In this document: positions 40,176-49,347 of the stretch, piece after piece
Numbering within the stretch: the first letter of the stretch is position 1
Layout of the letters: each line of letters begins with the position of its first letter
NCBI GenBank assembly: GCA_040772485.1
Contig: JAXGYC010000007.1
Span: 896,001-960,000, forward strand
Reading direction: 5' to 3'
DNA from: Sedimentisphaerales bacterium
GTDB taxonomy: Bacteria > Planctomycetota > Phycisphaerae > Sedimentisphaerales > Anaerobacaceae
Length of the DNA stretch: 64,000 bases
Made by a program: the position numbers and the translations under genes
The notes under the pieces: model-generated
Told to the model about the DNA's origin: nothing
Database searches by the model: none
The model's input: the letters and a program-made list of their open reading frames with translations, nothing else

Positions 40176-40761
40176 CTGTTTATTCGACCTGTGATAAAGC
40201 AATGCTTATCGGTCCTCGCATCTGTTCGGTGCGGCAGGAGTGGTGTCACTTTGGTTTCACGTGGGAGGGTGTCTGACAGGCGCCGGTACGAAAACTGCGG
40301 GCGCTCATTTCCAGACAGCCTGACCATCCCTTGCCCATGATCGGAAGACTATCTGAAGGACCGAGACATGTGTTCTCCAGCCACCCTTGTGAGAACACGC
40401 TCGTGGTAACAGCGGCTTAACCATTGCCGGCCCGGTCGCAGCAACGCATGGGTCAAGGAGGTTCGAGAGAGAGTGAGTGATTCAGCCCCGTCTGCAACCA
40501 GCACCGTACCATCGAGACCAACTGTTTGGACCGTCGCATTGCGTCTCCCTTAGAGGCACCTGGACCAATCCCAACCATGGACGGTCTTTCGTGACCCGGA
40601 GCGATGGCTCTCGGTCGTGACACGATGGAAGCATTTCCGGGCGTCTGCCGCCCGGGCGTTGGCAGGAAGGAGGTGGCCATCGAGCGAAGGGAAGTAAGGA
40701 GAGTCCGAAGGAGTGTGTGGTAATCAAAACCTCAATGTCATTTGTCCGAGGAGGACGCGTT

Positions 40762-43698
40762 ATGAAGAAGTTAGCATTATTGGCACTGTTGGTGTGTCTG
40801 CTGCTGTCGACCGTTTCGATGGCGGGCGTGCTGCGGGAGATCTGGTGGCAGAACCTGGGTATCGAAGAAGCCATCGCGCTGGTCAACAGCGGGACACCGG
40901 CCGACCAGATCGACATCCTGGCCGAGCCGACCTGGGTGGACATCGCCGACAACTACGTCGCGAGGATGAGCGGCTGGCTGACGGTCCCGGCGACCGGTGA
41001 GTACACCTTCTATGTCGCCGGCGACGACTACCAAAGACTGTACGTCAGCCAGGACGACGATCCGGCCAATGCCGTGCTCGTTGCCTTTGTGGATGGCTGG
41101 ACCGCCTCGCAGGCGTGGACCAGCTACGCCGACCAGAAATCCGAGCCGATGATGCTCGAAGAGGGCCAGGTCCTGGCCATCGTCGGCATCATGCAGGAAG
41201 GCGGCGGCGGCGACGGTCAGGACTGGGGCTGGACCGGCCCTGGATTCGAGGCCATCACCGTGATCCCGGGCGAGTATCTGAGCCATCCGTACGAGACGAT
41301 GGCCGGGAGCCCCTCGCCAGCTTCGGGAGCCACAGGCGTTATTGACGCCGTCCTGAGCTGGGATGCGCCCGCCGTGGGCGAGGACCCTGTGTACGACGTG
41401 TACTTCGGCACCGATGCAGCCGCCCTGGCGCCGATCGCCGAAGGCATCGTGGAGACCGCTGTGGATGCCGGCACGGCTGGAATCGATCTGGACTTCGCGA
41501 CGACCTATTTCTGGCGCGTGGATGCCAGCGGCGTCGAGGGTCAGGTCTGGAGCTTCACCACCGAACCGATGACCTTCGCGGTGCAGAACGTCGTGGCCAC
41601 GAGCAACGGCACTGCCCAGGAAGGGTCCGGACCGGAGAAGACGCTGGACGGCCTGACCTCGATGGAGGCGACCGAGCAGTGGCTGGCCGCTCCGCCCGAG
41701 GGCGAGGCCCTGTGGATTCAGTTCGAGTTCGCACGCGTCTACAAGATGTACGACATGAAGGTCTTCAACTCCAACACGCAGTTTGAGGCCCTGCTGGGCT
41801 ACGGCGCCAAGAGCGTCACCATCGAAACCTCCGCCGACGGCGCCGAATGGGCCGCCTTCGGGGATGTCGAGCTGGCTCAGGCCGCCGAGTCGACCATCGA
41901 TCTGGCCGGCGTCGGCGCCAAGTTTGTCCGTCTGACGATCAATAGCACGTGGGGCGGCCTGTTCCCGGATTCCGGTCTGGCCGAAGTGGCGTTCTCGTAT
42001 GTTCCGGCGCAGGCCCGTCTGGTCGCGCCGGCCAACGGCGCCACGGGCGTGAGCCCCGCCACGGTGCTCGACTGGTATGCCGGCCGTGATGCGGTCTCCA
42101 GCGACGTGACCGTCAACGGCGTGGTGGCCACGGTGGAAGGTAGCAGCTTTGCCGCCGACCTGGTCTACGGCATGCCGTACGTTTGGAGCGTCGATGAGAA
42201 CGACGGCACAGCGGTTTGGGAAGGCGACGAGTGGAGCTTCACAACGGCCGAATTCGTGTCCGTCGCTTCGGATGTGCTCGCCTATGACCCGAACGGCAAC
42301 ACGCTGGAAGTGGCGATGGACGGGGCGGACCTGACGGCTTACGCTCCTGACACGCTGCGCGTAGCCTACAAGGGCCATCCCGTTGACTTCGCAGAAGCAG
42401 ACGGCGTGGTCACCATGAGCGGCGCCGGCACCGACATCTGGAACAACGCGGATCAGTTCCGCTATGCCTACAAGACTCTCAACGGCGACGGCTCGATCAT
42501 CGCTCGCGTCGACAGCATCAGCAACATCACGAACAACTGGACCAAGGCGGGCGTCATGATCCGCCAGAGCACGGCCCCTGGCTCGGCTCACTCGCTGACC
42601 GTGATTACGGGCAATTTCTGGGCCGCCGGCTCCGGCAACGGCGCCTCGTTCCAGGGCCGTCAGGTCGCCGACGGTGGCAGTGTGAACAACGATGCCGCCA
42701 GCGCCGTCGCGCCGCCGTATTATGTCAAGGTCGAGCGCGTTGGCAACATCATCACCGGGTTCATCTCGGCTGATGGTGCCGAGTGGCTGCAGTTGGGTGG
42801 TGACCGTGAAGTCGTGATGGAAGATCCGGTTCTGATCGGCTTGGCTGTGACCAGCCACGACGCCGCCAATACGGTAGTCGCTCAGCTCTCTGAGATCAGC
42901 ACCACGGGCGATGTCACGGGCGAGTGGACTGCCGAGGCAATCGGCATGGCCATGCCTTCGAACGACGCCGCAGGTCTGTATGTGGCGATCGAAGACGCTG
43001 CCGGTGGGGTTGCCACGGTTGTGAACGCTGATCCGGCTGCAACGCAGGCCATCAGCACGCAGAACTGGAACATTCCGCTGGCCAGCCTGGAAGGCGTGGA
43101 TCTGGCGAACGTCGCCAAGATCGTCGTCGGCGCCGGCGCTCCGGATGCTCCGGCTGCCGGTAGCGGTACGGTCAACGTCACGATCAGCTTCGGTACGCCG
43201 CTGAGCCACAATGTGCTCGCCGACGTCACCAGCCCGGCTGACGTGATCGTGGGCGTTCCGAACGACGGCGATTGGCCCGGGGCCGAGACGCCGAATCTGG
43301 CGTTCGACAACAACACCGCAACCAAGTACCTGCACTTCAAGGGTGAAACGGAGCCCACCGGCGTCCAGATTACGCCGGCTGTCGGTGCGACGGTTGTGAC
43401 GGGACTGGCGCTGACCACGGCCAATGACGCCGTGGAACGCGACCCGATCAGCTTCGAGCTCTATGGCTCGAACGAAGGGATCGACGGACCGTACACGCTG
43501 ATCGCCAGCGGCGACGTCGTGGACTTCGCCGGTGAGGTCGCCTGGCCTCGCTTCACCAAGAACGTCACTCCGATCACGTTTGAGAACGAGGTGGCGTACA
43601 CCAACTATCAGATTCTGTTCCCGGCGGTTCGCGATCCAGGCAGCGCCAACAGCATGCAGATCGCCGAGATCGAGCTGATTGGTGTGTCCACGTGGTAA
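40762..43698 (+). CDS. Secreted PA14 / FN3-like / discoidin-like multidomain protein
   Basis: Signal peptide, GEYTFYVAGDD, TTYFWRVD, GTDIWNNADQF and DNNTATKYL. Confidence 0.85.
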   Translation: MKKLALLALLVCLLLSTVSMAGVLREIWWQNLGIEEAIALVNSGTPADQIDILAEPTWVDIADNYVARMSGWLTVPATGEYTFYVAGDDYQRLYVSQDDDPANAVLVAFVDGWTASQAWTSYADQKSEPMMLEEGQVLAIVGIMQEGGGGDGQDWGWTGPGFEAITVIPGEYLSHPYETMAGSPSPASGATGVIDAVLSWDAPAVGEDPVYDVYFGTDAAALAPIAEGIVETAVDAGTAGIDLDFATTYFWRVDASGVEGQVWSFTTEPMTFAVQNVVATSNGTAQEGSGPEKTLDGLTSMEATEQWLAAPPEGEALWIQFEFARVYKMYDMKVFNSNTQFEALLGYGAKSVTIETSADGAEWAAFGDVELAQAAESTIDLAGVGAKFVRLTINSTWGGLFPDSGLAEVAFSYVPAQARLVAPANGATGVSPATVLDWYAGRDAVSSDVTVNGVVATVEGSSFAADLVYGMPYVWSVDENDGTAVWEGDEWSFTTAEFVSVASDVLAYDPNGNTLEVAMDGADLTAYAPDTLRVAYKGHPVDFAEADGVVTMSGAGTDIWNNADQFRYAYKTLNGDGSIIARVDSISNITNNWTKAGVMIRQSTAPGSAHSLTVITGNFWAAGSGNGASFQGRQVADGGSVNNDAASAVAPPYYVKVERVGNIITGFISADGAEWLQLGGDREVVMEDPVLIGLAVTSHDAANTVVAQLSEISTTGDVTGEWTAEAIGMAMPSNDAAGLYVAIEDAAGGVATVVNADPAATQAISTQNWNIPLASLEGVDLANVAKIVVGAGAPDAPAAGSGTVNVTISFGTPLSHNVLADVTSPADVIVGVPNDGDWPGAETPNLAFDNNTATKYLHFKGETEPTGVQITPAVGATVVTGLALTTANDAVERDPISFELYGSNEGIDGPYTLIASGDVVDFAGEVAWPRFTKNVTPITFENEVAYTNYQILFPAVRDPGSANSMQIAEIELIGVSTW

Positions 43699-43738
43699 CC
43701 GCGTGACCAACACCGTAAGTGCACTTGGCAGCATCCTG

Positions 43739-43771
43739 GGGCCCATGCCAGATGGCATGGGCCCTTCTTTT
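43739..43771 (+). terminator. Intrinsic terminator
   Basis: GGGCCCATGCCA-GA-TGGCATGGGCCC-TTCTTTT. Confidence 0.8.
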
Positions 43772-43955
43772 CAGGCCCGGTTCGGCCGTTGGCTCGGTGT
43801 CCATCGGGTCCGGATTTCTATAAAGTCCCCCCCCTGGAAGACCGAAGAAAATCACAGCCGCCCCCACGTATCGGACGGGAGCGTCAGAAACAGGCCAGGT
43901 CCGAGAAAAGCTGGATCGGATCGGCCAAGGACACGGATTATTGACGCATTCTGGC

Positions 43956-43984
43956 TTGAACGCGAAGGTCGCTTATGTTAGACT
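43956..43984 (+). promoter_or_regulatory. sigma70-type promoter TTGAAC-N17-TAGACT
   Basis: Followed by ATTCGACC, as is the promoter at 40147. Confidence 0.7.
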
Positions 43985-44328
43985 TGCTTCATTCGACCGG
44001 TGGCATCATCGCATTCGGCAGTCCTGGCATGTCTTTGCTGCGACGCATGTGTCTGGTTTGAGTCGGAGGAGCTGGTCCCACCAGGAACATGATGACACAT
44101 AACCGCTTACAACCACGAGAGTTTCCTGATCAGGGAGGATCTCGTCAGCGGGGAGCAGTTGTTCCCGGCCTAACCCCAGCAAGTGTGGATTCGGGCGTTG
44201 TCGGCCCAAGACATTGATGGGAAGGAGGTGGCAATCGACCGACGGTGAACAGGGAAGGTGCTGCGAGCACTGAATGGGATCGCATTGTATCGTGACGCAA
44301 AATTCCAAATGTACGGGGAGGACCCAAA

Positions 44329-46248
44329 ATGAGAAAAGCAACGTTAATCGCAGTTGTGGCAAGCCTGATGCTGTCGGCGGCGAGTTCCGCTGACGTCTTG
44401 CGGGAGATCTGGTGGCAGAACGTCAGCATCGATGCCGCGATCAACCTGGTCCAGAGCGGCACGCCCGCCGATCAGGTGGACGTTCTGGCCGAGCCGACGT
44501 GGGCGGATATCGCCGACTACTATGTGGCAAGGCTAAGCGGCTATGCCCTGGTGCCGGCCACCGGCGACTACACCTTCTACGTCGCCAGCGACGACTACAG
44601 CAGGCTGTACGTCAGCCAGAACGACAACATGGCCGACGCGGTTCAGGTCGCCTTTGTCGACGGCTGGACCGGCTCGCAGGCCTGGACCTCGAACGCCAGC
44701 CAGAAGTCCGCACCGATGTCGCTGACCGAAGGCCAGCTCATCGCGTTCTACGCGGTCATGCAGGAAGGCAGCGGCGGCGACAACCTCGCTATCGGCGTCG
44801 AAGGCCCGGGGATCGAAGGGATCATCGTGCTGCCGGATGATGTGACCTACGCCACGCATCCGAGCAAGGCCAACAAGCCCAGCCCGGCCGACGGCGCCAC
44901 CGCTGTCGTCAACGCGATGCTGGCCTGGGGCGCTCCGGCTACGATCGAGTCGCCGGTTTACACCGTGTACTTCGGCACCGATGCGGCCGCGCTGCCAGCG
45001 ATTGCCGAAGGCATCACCGACACGTCGGTCGATGCCGGCAGTCTGGCGGCGGGCCTCGAGTTCGAGACCACTTACTACTGGCGTGTTGACACCAACGGAG
45101 AAGCAGGCAGTGTCTGGAGCTTCACCACGCAGCACGGTCGCCCGATCATCACCTCGATCAAAGGCGACGCCGTCGCTCCCGATGGCGATGCCCAGCTGGT
45201 CTGCGAGGCCACCAGCGCCGTTCCGTCGGAACTGAGCTACCAGTGGTACCGAGAGACGGTCATCATGATGGGCTTCGAGCTCAAGGATGTCCCGCTGCCC
45301 GAGGGCGTTGAGGCAACACTCAATATCGCCGGCGCAACCATCGACGACCAGGGGTATTACTACTGCGTCGTGACCAATGAAAACGGCTCGACCACTTCGG
45401 CGATGGCCTTCCTCGATGTCCAGACGGGTCTGATTCACCGCTGGACCTTCGATGAGAGCGCCGATGGCGTGACGATCCCGGACGTGATTGGCGGCGCCGA
45501 TGCCACGCTGATGAACGGCACCGGCAATGCAACGATCGCCGGCGGCCAGGCGACCCTGGGCAACACCGGCTCGCAGAACTCCTCCAGTGCCGCGGCCGGC
45601 GACTACATCGACCTGCCCAACGGCATCATCTCGCCGATGACGCAGATGACCATCGAGTGCTGGACCACCTGGGACGGCACCGATGCCATCTGGCAGCGGG
45701 TCTATGACATGGGCACGGCCAATGGTGGCGAAGACGCTTCCAACGGCGGCGACGCCACGACCTGGTTCTGCGTCTGCCCGGACAACGGCAGCCGCGTGCT
45801 TCAGGTGGAGTACCGTCGTCTTGGCGCGGCCTCCGTGATGCCGGTCAACGACAACGGCAAACTCGCCGCCGGGCAAGAGGTCTTGATCACGCAGGTCCAT
45901 GATGATATCGCCGGCATCGTCAAGGTGTATATCAACGGCACGATCATCGGCGGCTATGCGGCGCCGGCCATGCTCAACGAGATCATCGACAACAACATCT
46001 GGCTGGGGCGTTCGCAGTGGGGCGACCCGCTGTACTGCGGTTCGTTCAACGAACTGCGCATCTATGACACCGCCCTGTCAGCGGCCGAGATCGCGGCCAA
46101 CTACTTGGCCGGTCCCGATGCTATCGCGGAACCCGCCGTGCCCTGCGAGGTGCACGTCGTGGGCGACCGGAACGATGACTGCGTCGTCGACTTCGTCGAT
46201 GCCGCCGTCACCGCTGATGAGTGGCTCGTTCAATCGCTGGCCGACTAA
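44329..46248 (+). CDS. Secreted PA14-FN3-Ig-LamG protein with dockerin-like tail
   Basis: YQWY...DQGYYYCVVTN (Ig); ELRIYDTALS (LamG); GDRNDDCVVDFVD. Confidence 0.85.
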   Translation: MRKATLIAVVASLMLSAASSADVLREIWWQNVSIDAAINLVQSGTPADQVDVLAEPTWADIADYYVARLSGYALVPATGDYTFYVASDDYSRLYVSQNDNMADAVQVAFVDGWTGSQAWTSNASQKSAPMSLTEGQLIAFYAVMQEGSGGDNLAIGVEGPGIEGIIVLPDDVTYATHPSKANKPSPADGATAVVNAMLAWGAPATIESPVYTVYFGTDAAALPAIAEGITDTSVDAGSLAAGLEFETTYYWRVDTNGEAGSVWSFTTQHGRPIITSIKGDAVAPDGDAQLVCEATSAVPSELSYQWYRETVIMMGFELKDVPLPEGVEATLNIAGATIDDQGYYYCVVTNENGSTTSAMAFLDVQTGLIHRWTFDESADGVTIPDVIGGADATLMNGTGNATIAGGQATLGNTGSQNSSSAAAGDYIDLPNGIISPMTQMTIECWTTWDGTDAIWQRVYDMGTANGGEDASNGGDATTWFCVCPDNGSRVLQVEYRRLGAASVMPVNDNGKLAAGQEVLITQVHDDIAGIVKVYINGTIIGGYAAPAMLNEIIDNNIWLGRSQWGDPLYCGSFNELRIYDTALSAAEIAANYLAGPDAIAEPAVPCEVHVVGDRNDDCVVDFVDAAVTADEWLVQSLAD

Positions 46249-46307
46249 CCAGCAAGCGTTCGAACCACGATGCTGTGCCCTGAACAAGGGGCACAGGAAG
46301 AAGATCA

Positions 46308-46339
46308 AGGGCCTGTACCGCATGGTGCAGGCCCTTTTT
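46308..46339 (+). terminator. Intrinsic terminator
   Basis: AGGGCCTGTACC-GCAT-GGTGCAGGCCCT-TTTT. Confidence 0.8.
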
Positions 46340-46939
46340 CGTGCCCGGCGGCGCATCCGCCCAGGCATCGCAGCGCAGTCTGCCCCCCATCCGCGACCAC
46401 AGCCCACAGGTTGTTGCCTGCGATACTCCCGACGCACCCGTGGCCAGCCGGACCCCATGAATGTGCGGACAGTCATGCCCCTTCGCGAAGTGGCTAAAAC
46501 AAAACGCAATAGGGTGTTGTTGGACACCGTAACTCTGTGGCATAATGCTGATTAGACCTGCGGTTTGATACTGTCCCATCTGGCCCATGTGCATAATGCA
46601 GGGGATGACGGGGGTGGGGAGTGTATTGCCTTGTGCGGCGCGCGTTCACGTGCAGCCGGAGCAATGCGCGGCAAGCCACTTTTGCGGTGCCCTGCCTCAG
46701 ACTGGCATAGGGATATCGTGTCCAAGGACGGAGGGAAACCTATGGTGTGTCTTGATGGTCGCTCATGTCGTCCGCACGGCCCCGCCCGGTGACCCTGCCG
46801 GTCCTGCAGCGCGTTTGCCCTGCGCCATCGCAGGAGTGTCCTGATTGTGTCGAGGGGTCCACACGCCAGGGCACACGTAGAGCGTTTCCCGATGGAGGCG
46901 CGTGATGATTTGTCAATGTTCGATAGAAGGAGGCTTGGC

Positions 46940-49084
46940 ATGTGTAGAAAGCGAGTATATCTGATTTGCGTTCTGCTGGTGCTCGGGTCGGCTGCAACAG
47001 GACTGGCCGCCGAACTGGCTCATCGTTGGAGTCTCAACGGTCACCTGAAGGATACGGTGGGAGCTCAGGACGGCGTCATTGTCGACCTGGGGGCAAGAGA
47101 TGCCATCGTATCCGAGAGTGAGATCACCCTAACCGGTGGAGACAAGGGCAGTTCGGACTACATCGATCTGCCGGATGGCGTCCTGAGCAGCCTCGGCGAT
47201 TCGGTAACCATCGAGTGCTGGGCCACGCAACTGTCCGCCCAAAACTGGTCGCGTATCTTCGACTTCGGCACCAGCACGGCGGAAAACCTCTACATGGCGT
47301 GGACGGTGGGGACAGACCTGAACAACGATCGCGTGGAGTGGAATTACCCGAACCTCGGCAAGCTGCTCGACGGCACCAATGCCCCTTACGCGCTGGGAGT
47401 GGAATATCACATTGTCTGCGTGATCGAGCCGGGCACCGTGACCTGGTACACCGCGCCGGCGGATGCCGCCGAGCTGGGGGCGGCCAAAGGCTCGTTTGAG
47501 ACGGAAAACCGCATCTCGACCCTGAACGATGACAACTGCTGGCTCGGCCGCTCGCAGTGGGGCGACAACACCGCCAACGCGAGCTACAACGAATTCCGTC
47601 TCTGGAAGGGTGCAATGACCGCGGACGAAAGGGAACAGTCCCATGCCGCCGGGCCAGTGGCTGCCAACCAAGCCTGGGATCCATCCCCGGCCGACGGCGC
47701 CACAGGCGTGTTCCCTCGTGATCTGATCGTGAGCTGGACACCGACCGCAGACGCGGTTGCCTTCAACATCTATGGCGGCGAAGATCCGTCCGCCCTTCAG
47801 GCCTTCGGTCAAGGTCAGGCAGAAACAAGCTTCTCCGTGGGCGACCTCATTGGCGATCTGACGTTGTCCACCGTTTATTACTGGCGCGTTGATCAGATCG
47901 CGGCCGACGGCGCCGTAACGGAAGGCATCGTCTGGAGCTTCACGACGGATGATGGCCTGCCGGTCGTTACCTCGATCCAGGGCGATGCCGTCGCTCTCGG
48001 CGGCGATGCCCAGTTGGTCTGCGAGGCCTCCAGCGCTGTCGCCCCGGACTTGAGCTACCAGTGGTATCGGGAGACGGTCATCATGATGGGCTTCGAGCTG
48101 CATGATGTGCCGCTGCCCGAAGGCGTAGAGGCAACGCTCAATGTCTCCGGCGTAACAGCCGACGACCAGGGGTATTACTACTGCGTCGTGACCAACGAAA
48201 ACGGCTCGGTCACCTCAGCGATGGCGTTCCTCGATGTGCAGACGGGTCTGATTCACCGCTGGACCTTCGATGAGAGCGCCGACGGCGTTACGATTCCGGA
48301 CGTCGTCGGTGACGCCGATGCGAAACTGATCAACCTCACCGGAAACGCCACCATCGCCGGAGGCCAAGCGACCCTGGGCAACACCGGCTCGCAGGGCAGC
48401 GCGGCCGCAGCGGGCAGCACCGCCAATGGCGACTACATCGATCTGCCGAACGGGCTGATTTCGCCGTTGACCCAGATGACCATCGAGTGCTGGACCACCT
48501 GGAACGGCACCGACGCGATCTGGCAGCGTGTCTTCGACATGGGCACGTCCAACGGCGGCGAGGACACCTCTCCGGCGGGCGACCAGACGACCTTTGTCAT
48601 GGTCTGCCCGGACAACAGCGGTCGCGTGGTCCAGGTCGAGTACCGCAGGCTCGGTGCATCCACCATCCTGCCGATCAACGACAATGGTCCGTTGGCTGCG
48701 GGCGAAGAGGTCCTAATCACGCTGGTGCATGATGATGTGGCCGGAATCGTCAAGTGCTTCATCAACGGCACGATCGTCGGCGCGATGGATGCCCCCGTCA
48801 CGCTGGGAGAGTTCGTCGACAACAACATCTGGCTCGGGCGTTCGCAGTGGGGCGACCCGCTGTACTGCGGCTCGTACAACGAGCTGCGGTGGTATGACAC
48901 CGCGTTGTCGGCGGCCGAGATCGCGGCCAACTATCTGGCCGGTCCCGATGTGGTCGCGGAACCCGCCGTGCCCTGCGAGGTGCACGTGGTGGGCGACCGG
49001 AACGACGACTGCGTCGTCGACTTCATTGATGCCGCCGTCACCGCCGATGAGTGGCTCGTCCAGTCACTCCAGGAAGAGGAGTAA
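46940..49084 (+). CDS. Secreted LamG-FN3-Ig-LamG protein with dockerin-like tail
   Basis: AAGGAGG before MCRKRVYL; C-terminal half closely paralogous to 44329-46248. Confidence 0.85.
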   Translation: MCRKRVYLICVLLVLGSAATGLAAELAHRWSLNGHLKDTVGAQDGVIVDLGARDAIVSESEITLTGGDKGSSDYIDLPDGVLSSLGDSVTIECWATQLSAQNWSRIFDFGTSTAENLYMAWTVGTDLNNDRVEWNYPNLGKLLDGTNAPYALGVEYHIVCVIEPGTVTWYTAPADAAELGAAKGSFETENRISTLNDDNCWLGRSQWGDNTANASYNEFRLWKGAMTADEREQSHAAGPVAANQAWDPSPADGATGVFPRDLIVSWTPTADAVAFNIYGGEDPSALQAFGQGQAETSFSVGDLIGDLTLSTVYYWRVDQIAADGAVTEGIVWSFTTDDGLPVVTSIQGDAVALGGDAQLVCEASSAVAPDLSYQWYRETVIMMGFELHDVPLPEGVEATLNVSGVTADDQGYYYCVVTNENGSVTSAMAFLDVQTGLIHRWTFDESADGVTIPDVVGDADAKLINLTGNATIAGGQATLGNTGSQGSAAAAGSTANGDYIDLPNGLISPLTQMTIECWTTWNGTDAIWQRVFDMGTSNGGEDTSPAGDQTTFVMVCPDNSGRVVQVEYRRLGASTILPINDNGPLAAGEEVLITLVHDDVAGIVKCFINGTIVGAMDAPVTLGEFVDNNIWLGRSQWGDPLYCGSYNELRWYDTALSAAEIAANYLAGPDVVAEPAVPCEVHVVGDRNDDCVVDFIDAAVTADEWLVQSLQEEE

Positions 49085-49140
49085 TCCGGCACCGCATGGA
49101 TTCCAGCCGTGTCCCGAATCGGGACACATCAAGGAGCTTC

Positions 49141-49173
49141 AGGGCCTGCACCCGACGGTGCAGGCCCTTTCTT
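49141..49173 (+). terminator. Intrinsic terminator
   Basis: AGGGCCTGCACC-CGAC-GGTGCAGGCCCT-TTCTT. Confidence 0.8.
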
Positions 49174-49347
49174 CATGCCGGCTCGACAATCATGGCGGGC
49201 TATTGCCTGTCTGGCTTCCTGCCTGTCGTCCTTTTTTCGGTACTTTTCGCCTCCCTATGGGTATGATATCTGGTCCGGTGGTGCGGCAGCACAGGCTGCC
49301 GGAAGTGTCAGATGCCGGGGGTCATGGCCCAATATGGAGCTGGCTGC

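Noticed and set aside
40176..40761. Known riboswitch, tRNA or 16S fragment in the leader
   Set aside because: No recognisable aptamer or cloverleaf; the 16S complementarity is limited to the SD.
40777..43758. 993-aa antisense ORF and many similar long opposite-strand ORFs
   Set aside because: Shadows of high-GC genes with no recognisable motifs.
43810..43826. CCGGATTTCTATAAAGT resembling the IS1380 left end at 32590
   Set aside because: Only a 10-bp exact match, with no partner end or transposase trace.
44329..49084. Diversity-generating retroelement template/variable repeat pair
   Set aside because: Differences are not adenine-specific, both copies are coding, and no reverse transcriptase is present.
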